Assembly (NCBI GenBank): GCA_964567555.1
Contig: CAZMNA010000003.1
Location: 18,882-82,881 of the forward strand
Direction of reading: 5' to 3'
DNA length: 64,000 bases
Origin: an uncultured Candidatus Saccharibacteria bacterium
GTDB lineage: Bacteria > Patescibacteriota > Saccharimonadia > Saccharimonadales > UBA10212
Numbering within the stretch: the first letter of the stretch is position 1; each line of letters opens with the position of its first letter. Positions 61,122 through 64,000 of the stretch are shown piece by piece. Both the position numbers and the translations under genes were made by a program. Below the pieces are notes generated by a model. The model was not told where the DNA came from. It did no database searches and saw only the letters and a list, made by a program, of their open reading frames with translations.

Positions 61122-62440
61122 GTTTTTAAAAGGTCAATCGTCAGGGCTGCGGACCAGGAAAAGGTATCTGCGCCCAGCCCTTTGGCCGTATGGGGGTTGT
61201 AATACTCGCAGAAGCCGTTTTTTTCTACCATGCGCAGGGTTTTGGACTTTAGCTCATCGGTCTCCTCCAGGTAGCCATAATTTTTTAGGCCCTCAATGAT
61301 GAGCCAGTTGGTGTTTACCCAAGTCGGTCCCTGCCAGTAGCGGTCTGGGTTAAAATAGGCCGAGGTTTGCGGCGCGCTGGGTACCGGCCAATTGAGCTTG
61401 TATGCACGGTGTTTGCCAAGGAGCTGGACGAGTGTTTCGGCGCGCTCTTTGGAAACCGTACCAGCATAAAGCGGCATGAAAGTTTCTATTGACGGTTCGG
61501 CGATGAGTTCGCCGGAAGCATAACTACGGCAAAAATACTGGCCAGACTCCTCGTCCCACAAAAGATTGAGGGCTTTTTTGGTCAGCTCGGCTTTAGCAGT
61601 CAAGGCAGCCGGCAGTTTGACTCCGGCGGTCTTGGCTATATCTGCCAGCCTCTCGTTGGCTTTAATGAGGATGCAGTTATAGAGCAAGTCCTGTACTGCC
61701 ATATCCGGTTTTTGTAGAATTTTGGCCGAATCGTAAGACTTTTTTCGCAGGCGCCTCATGGCGACAAATAAGCTCAGCGCTTCTATATTTGTCATGCGCT
61801 GTCCTGGGCGGGTGTTACGAGTGTCGCGCCGGACCAAATCAACGATAAGGTCCAAGCGCAATTTATCTATAAGCTTGACCCACCATGGGATGCCATGGTG
61901 ATGTAGCTCGTCCATCCAGGGTGGTGCGTTATCAAGGCCCGCTTCATATGGATGCACAAGGGTAACCAGGCCCTCGTTTTTTGGGTCGCGTTCTTCATAC
62001 AACCATTCGTGGAAGTGAATAATGGCAGGCAGCATTTTATTAAACCAGCTGCGGCGCTCGGGCATTGGCAGTTTTTGGCCGACCCGCCAGACGGCCTCGG
62101 CCAGCATTGGCGGCTGAGTTATGCCGCTTGTTCCAACGTCAGGAGGGGAAAACGGACTCATAAAACTGTCCCACAGTAGTTCATCAAGACCGGCGCTGCC
62201 CGGCTTTCCAAAAACCATGTCCGGCAACATGCCGTTGCTCCATTGACCGCTCGTAAGACTTTCCAGCTCAGTTTGGGCGCGGCCTACGTCAAGGTGCCTC
62301 AAACCAATAGCTATAAAACAACTGTCCCACAACCATTGGTGCGGGTACAAATCACCGGCCGGGACTGTATATGAACCACGGTCATTTTGATCCAGGACTT
62401 TTTGAGCGCTCGCCAAAAGTTTTTGTTCATCCATCACCAA
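61118..62440 (-). CDS. GH63/MGH1-like glycoside hydrolase (glucosylglycerate hydrolase-like)
   Basis: YPHQWLWDS, TQPP, EAGLDN, YWQGPTWVNTNW, FSWSAA. Confidence 0.85.
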   Translation of the reverse strand: MVMDEQKLLASAQKVLDQNDRGSYTVPAGDLYPHQWLWDSCFIAIGLRHLDVGRAQTELESLTSGQWSNGMLPDMVFGKPGSAGLDELLWDSFMSPFSPPDVGTSGITQPPMLAEAVWRVGQKLPMPERRSWFNKMLPAIIHFHEWLYEERDPKNEGLVTLVHPYEAGLDNAPPWMDELHHHGIPWWVKLIDKLRLDLIVDLVRRDTRNTRPGQRMTNIEALSLFVAMRRLRKKSYDSAKILQKPDMAVQDLLYNCILIKANERLADIAKTAGVKLPAALTAKAELTKKALNLLWDEESGQYFCRSYASGELIAEPSIETFMPLYAGTVSKERAETLVQLLGKHRAYKLNWPVPSAPQTSAYFNPDRYWQGPTWVNTNWLIIEGLKNYGYLEETDELKSKTLRMVEKNGFCEYYNPHTAKGLGADTFSWSAALTIDLLKT

Positions 62441-62539
62441 CCAGTATAGCGGAGCAAAGGATGATGGCTCATTTCACTTTAGCGGAATTTACAACAGTAG
62501 TATTAAAACGCAAGAAGTTAATGTACTCTTGTACTTAAT

Positions 62540-63580
62540 ATGGATTATAAGTCCGACGTTATTAATAAAACTGCTAAAACCTTGCGCGAGAGGCTAGCCA
62601 AGACTGAGGATAAAAAATCTATCCTGCGCGCCCCGGAACTCGGCGCACTTTACGAACACCTGAAAACTCTGACGGCCGGCAAACTACGGGCAGACTTTGG
62701 CAAAGAAATCAATGCTTTGAAGACTGAACTGGAAAAGCTGGTGAGCGAATCCGCCATGCCAGCCGAAACGCGCGAGCCGATCGATGTTACCGCACCGTTT
62801 GGTATAAATACTCCGTTGAATAAGCGACCGGGTTTGTTGCCAGCCGAATCCGGCAGTAAGCACCCGGTGATGGCCGAGCTGGAAAAAATCTTAGATATTT
62901 TTGGGCGCATGGGCTTTAGCGCCGTGGAATCACCGGAGTTGGACGATGATTGGCACATGTTTACTAGTCTTAACTTTCCGCCGGACCATCCTGCCCGCGC
63001 GGATTACGACACCTTTACCACAACCGAAGGGCTGGTAGCACCTGCTCATACTTCTACCATGCAAAACCGTGTTCTGTCAGCTGGCCGCGAGGATTTAGCG
63101 GCCGGGCGGCCGATTGCCGTCGTTATCCCCGGCCGCGTCTTCCGCAACGAAGACTTAGATTCCCGGCACGAGCACACTTTCTACCAGCTAGAGGGCGTGT
63201 ATGTGGACCGCGGTGTTAACGCTGGCAACTTAATAGCTACCCTTAAGGCCTTTTTGGAAGAGTACTTTGGCCAGAGCCTAGAAGTTAAAACTCAACCATT
63301 CTATTTCCCGTTTACTGAGCCGAGCTTTGAGTTTACCCTAAGCTGCCCGTTTTGTGGGAAGGCTGGCTGTAATATATGCTCCCAGACTGGTTGGATAGAG
63401 CTTTTAGGTTGCGGCATGATACACCCCAACGTATTAAAGATGGCCAAAATAGATGGCGGCGAATATTCCGGCTTTGCCTGGGGTATGGGCATAGACCGGC
63501 TGGTGATGATGAAATACGGCATTGAAGACGTCCGTCATTTTGAATCCGGCAACTTAAAATTCTTGAGGCAATTCGCATGA
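62540..63580 (+). CDS. pheS: phenylalanine--tRNA ligase alpha subunit
   Basis: HPAR, GRVFRNE, FPFTEPS, GFAWGMGIDR. Confidence 0.97.
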   Translation: MDYKSDVINKTAKTLRERLAKTEDKKSILRAPELGALYEHLKTLTAGKLRADFGKEINALKTELEKLVSESAMPAETREPIDVTAPFGINTPLNKRPGLLPAESGSKHPVMAELEKILDIFGRMGFSAVESPELDDDWHMFTSLNFPPDHPARADYDTFTTTEGLVAPAHTSTMQNRVLSAGREDLAAGRPIAVVIPGRVFRNEDLDSRHEHTFYQLEGVYVDRGVNAGNLIATLKAFLEEYFGQSLEVKTQPFYFPFTEPSFEFTLSCPFCGKAGCNICSQTGWIELLGCGMIHPNVLKMAKIDGGEYSGFAWGMGIDRLVMMKYGIEDVRHFESGNLKFLRQFA

Positions 63581-64000
63581 AATATGACCTTTTTGTAGCC
63601 GGCCGCTGGCGTAATTTTAAGAACATTCGACCAATCGCGAGCGCGCTACGCCAACACGGTAAGAACGTCTATTGTTTCATTGAAAATGAATACAACGGTC
63701 ACGGGGTAAAAAACGTGCTTGAGCCAACCAATATTCACGCCGATATGCTAAAACAAGAGCGCATGAAAAACTGGCGTTCTAATCCGACATACAGGAAAAT
63801 CTTCGACACTGACATGCAAGCGCTGCGGAACTCCAAGGCTATCTTGGTCGTATTCCCGATTGGCTTTTCGGCCCATACAGAACTTGGAGCAGCTTGGGGA
63901 ATGGGCAAGAAGTGCTACGGTATCGGCACTCCCGAGAAAGCAGAGACAGTGTACTTTACCTTTACAGAAATTTTTCCGACGGTAGACGACTTTATAAACT
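63577..64000 (+). CDS. nucleoside 2-deoxyribosyltransferase-like protein (runs off window; not in ORF track)
   Basis: MKYDLFVAGRW..IFDTDMQALRNS..SAHTELGAAWGMGK; ATGA overlap with pheS. Confidence 0.65.
   Translation, partial: MKYDLFVAGRWRNFKNIRPIASALRQHGKNVYCFIENEYNGHGVKNVLEPTNIHADMLKQERMKNWRSNPTYRKIFDTDMQALRNSKAILVVFPIGFSAHTELGAAWGMGKKCYGIGTPEKAETVYFTFTEIFPTVDDFIN

Overview
A bacterial chromosome segment whose gene content and style point to Patescibacteria/CPR, most likely Saccharibacteria (inference). Housekeeping genes include leuS, rpmF, nusB, rnc, rpsP-khpA-trmD, sodA, a complete F-type ATP synthase operon, rarA, a DEAD-box helicase, metK with a SAM-I riboswitch, rmuC and pheS. These alternate with accessory regions. 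(1) A ~10 kb, apparently tandem island at tRNA-Gln(CTG) holds a rearranged, partly deleted diversity-generating retroelement: RT intact and antisense, Avd truncated and joined to a recombinase remnant, a VR-bearing target, and no template repeat (TR) found. It also holds several GC-rich, strongly Shine-Dalgarno (SD)-led genes, some behind boxA-like leaders. (2) A Crp/Fnr cluster has a structured leader RNA. (3) A surface-structure locus links tatA/tatC, an unannotated 57-aa Tat-signal-like micro-protein, WxL/pilin-like paralogs, a DUF916-like protein and signal-less tail-fibre-like proteins. (4) An orphan-gene array is punctuated by four copies of a ~30-50 bp repeat. (5) Two paralogous candidate small RNAs show covarying stems. 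(6) A flavinylation module comprises FMN-bind, ApbE and an RnfD-like-FNR fusion, next to NDH-2. All calls come from reading sequence and motifs by eye; no database searches were run.
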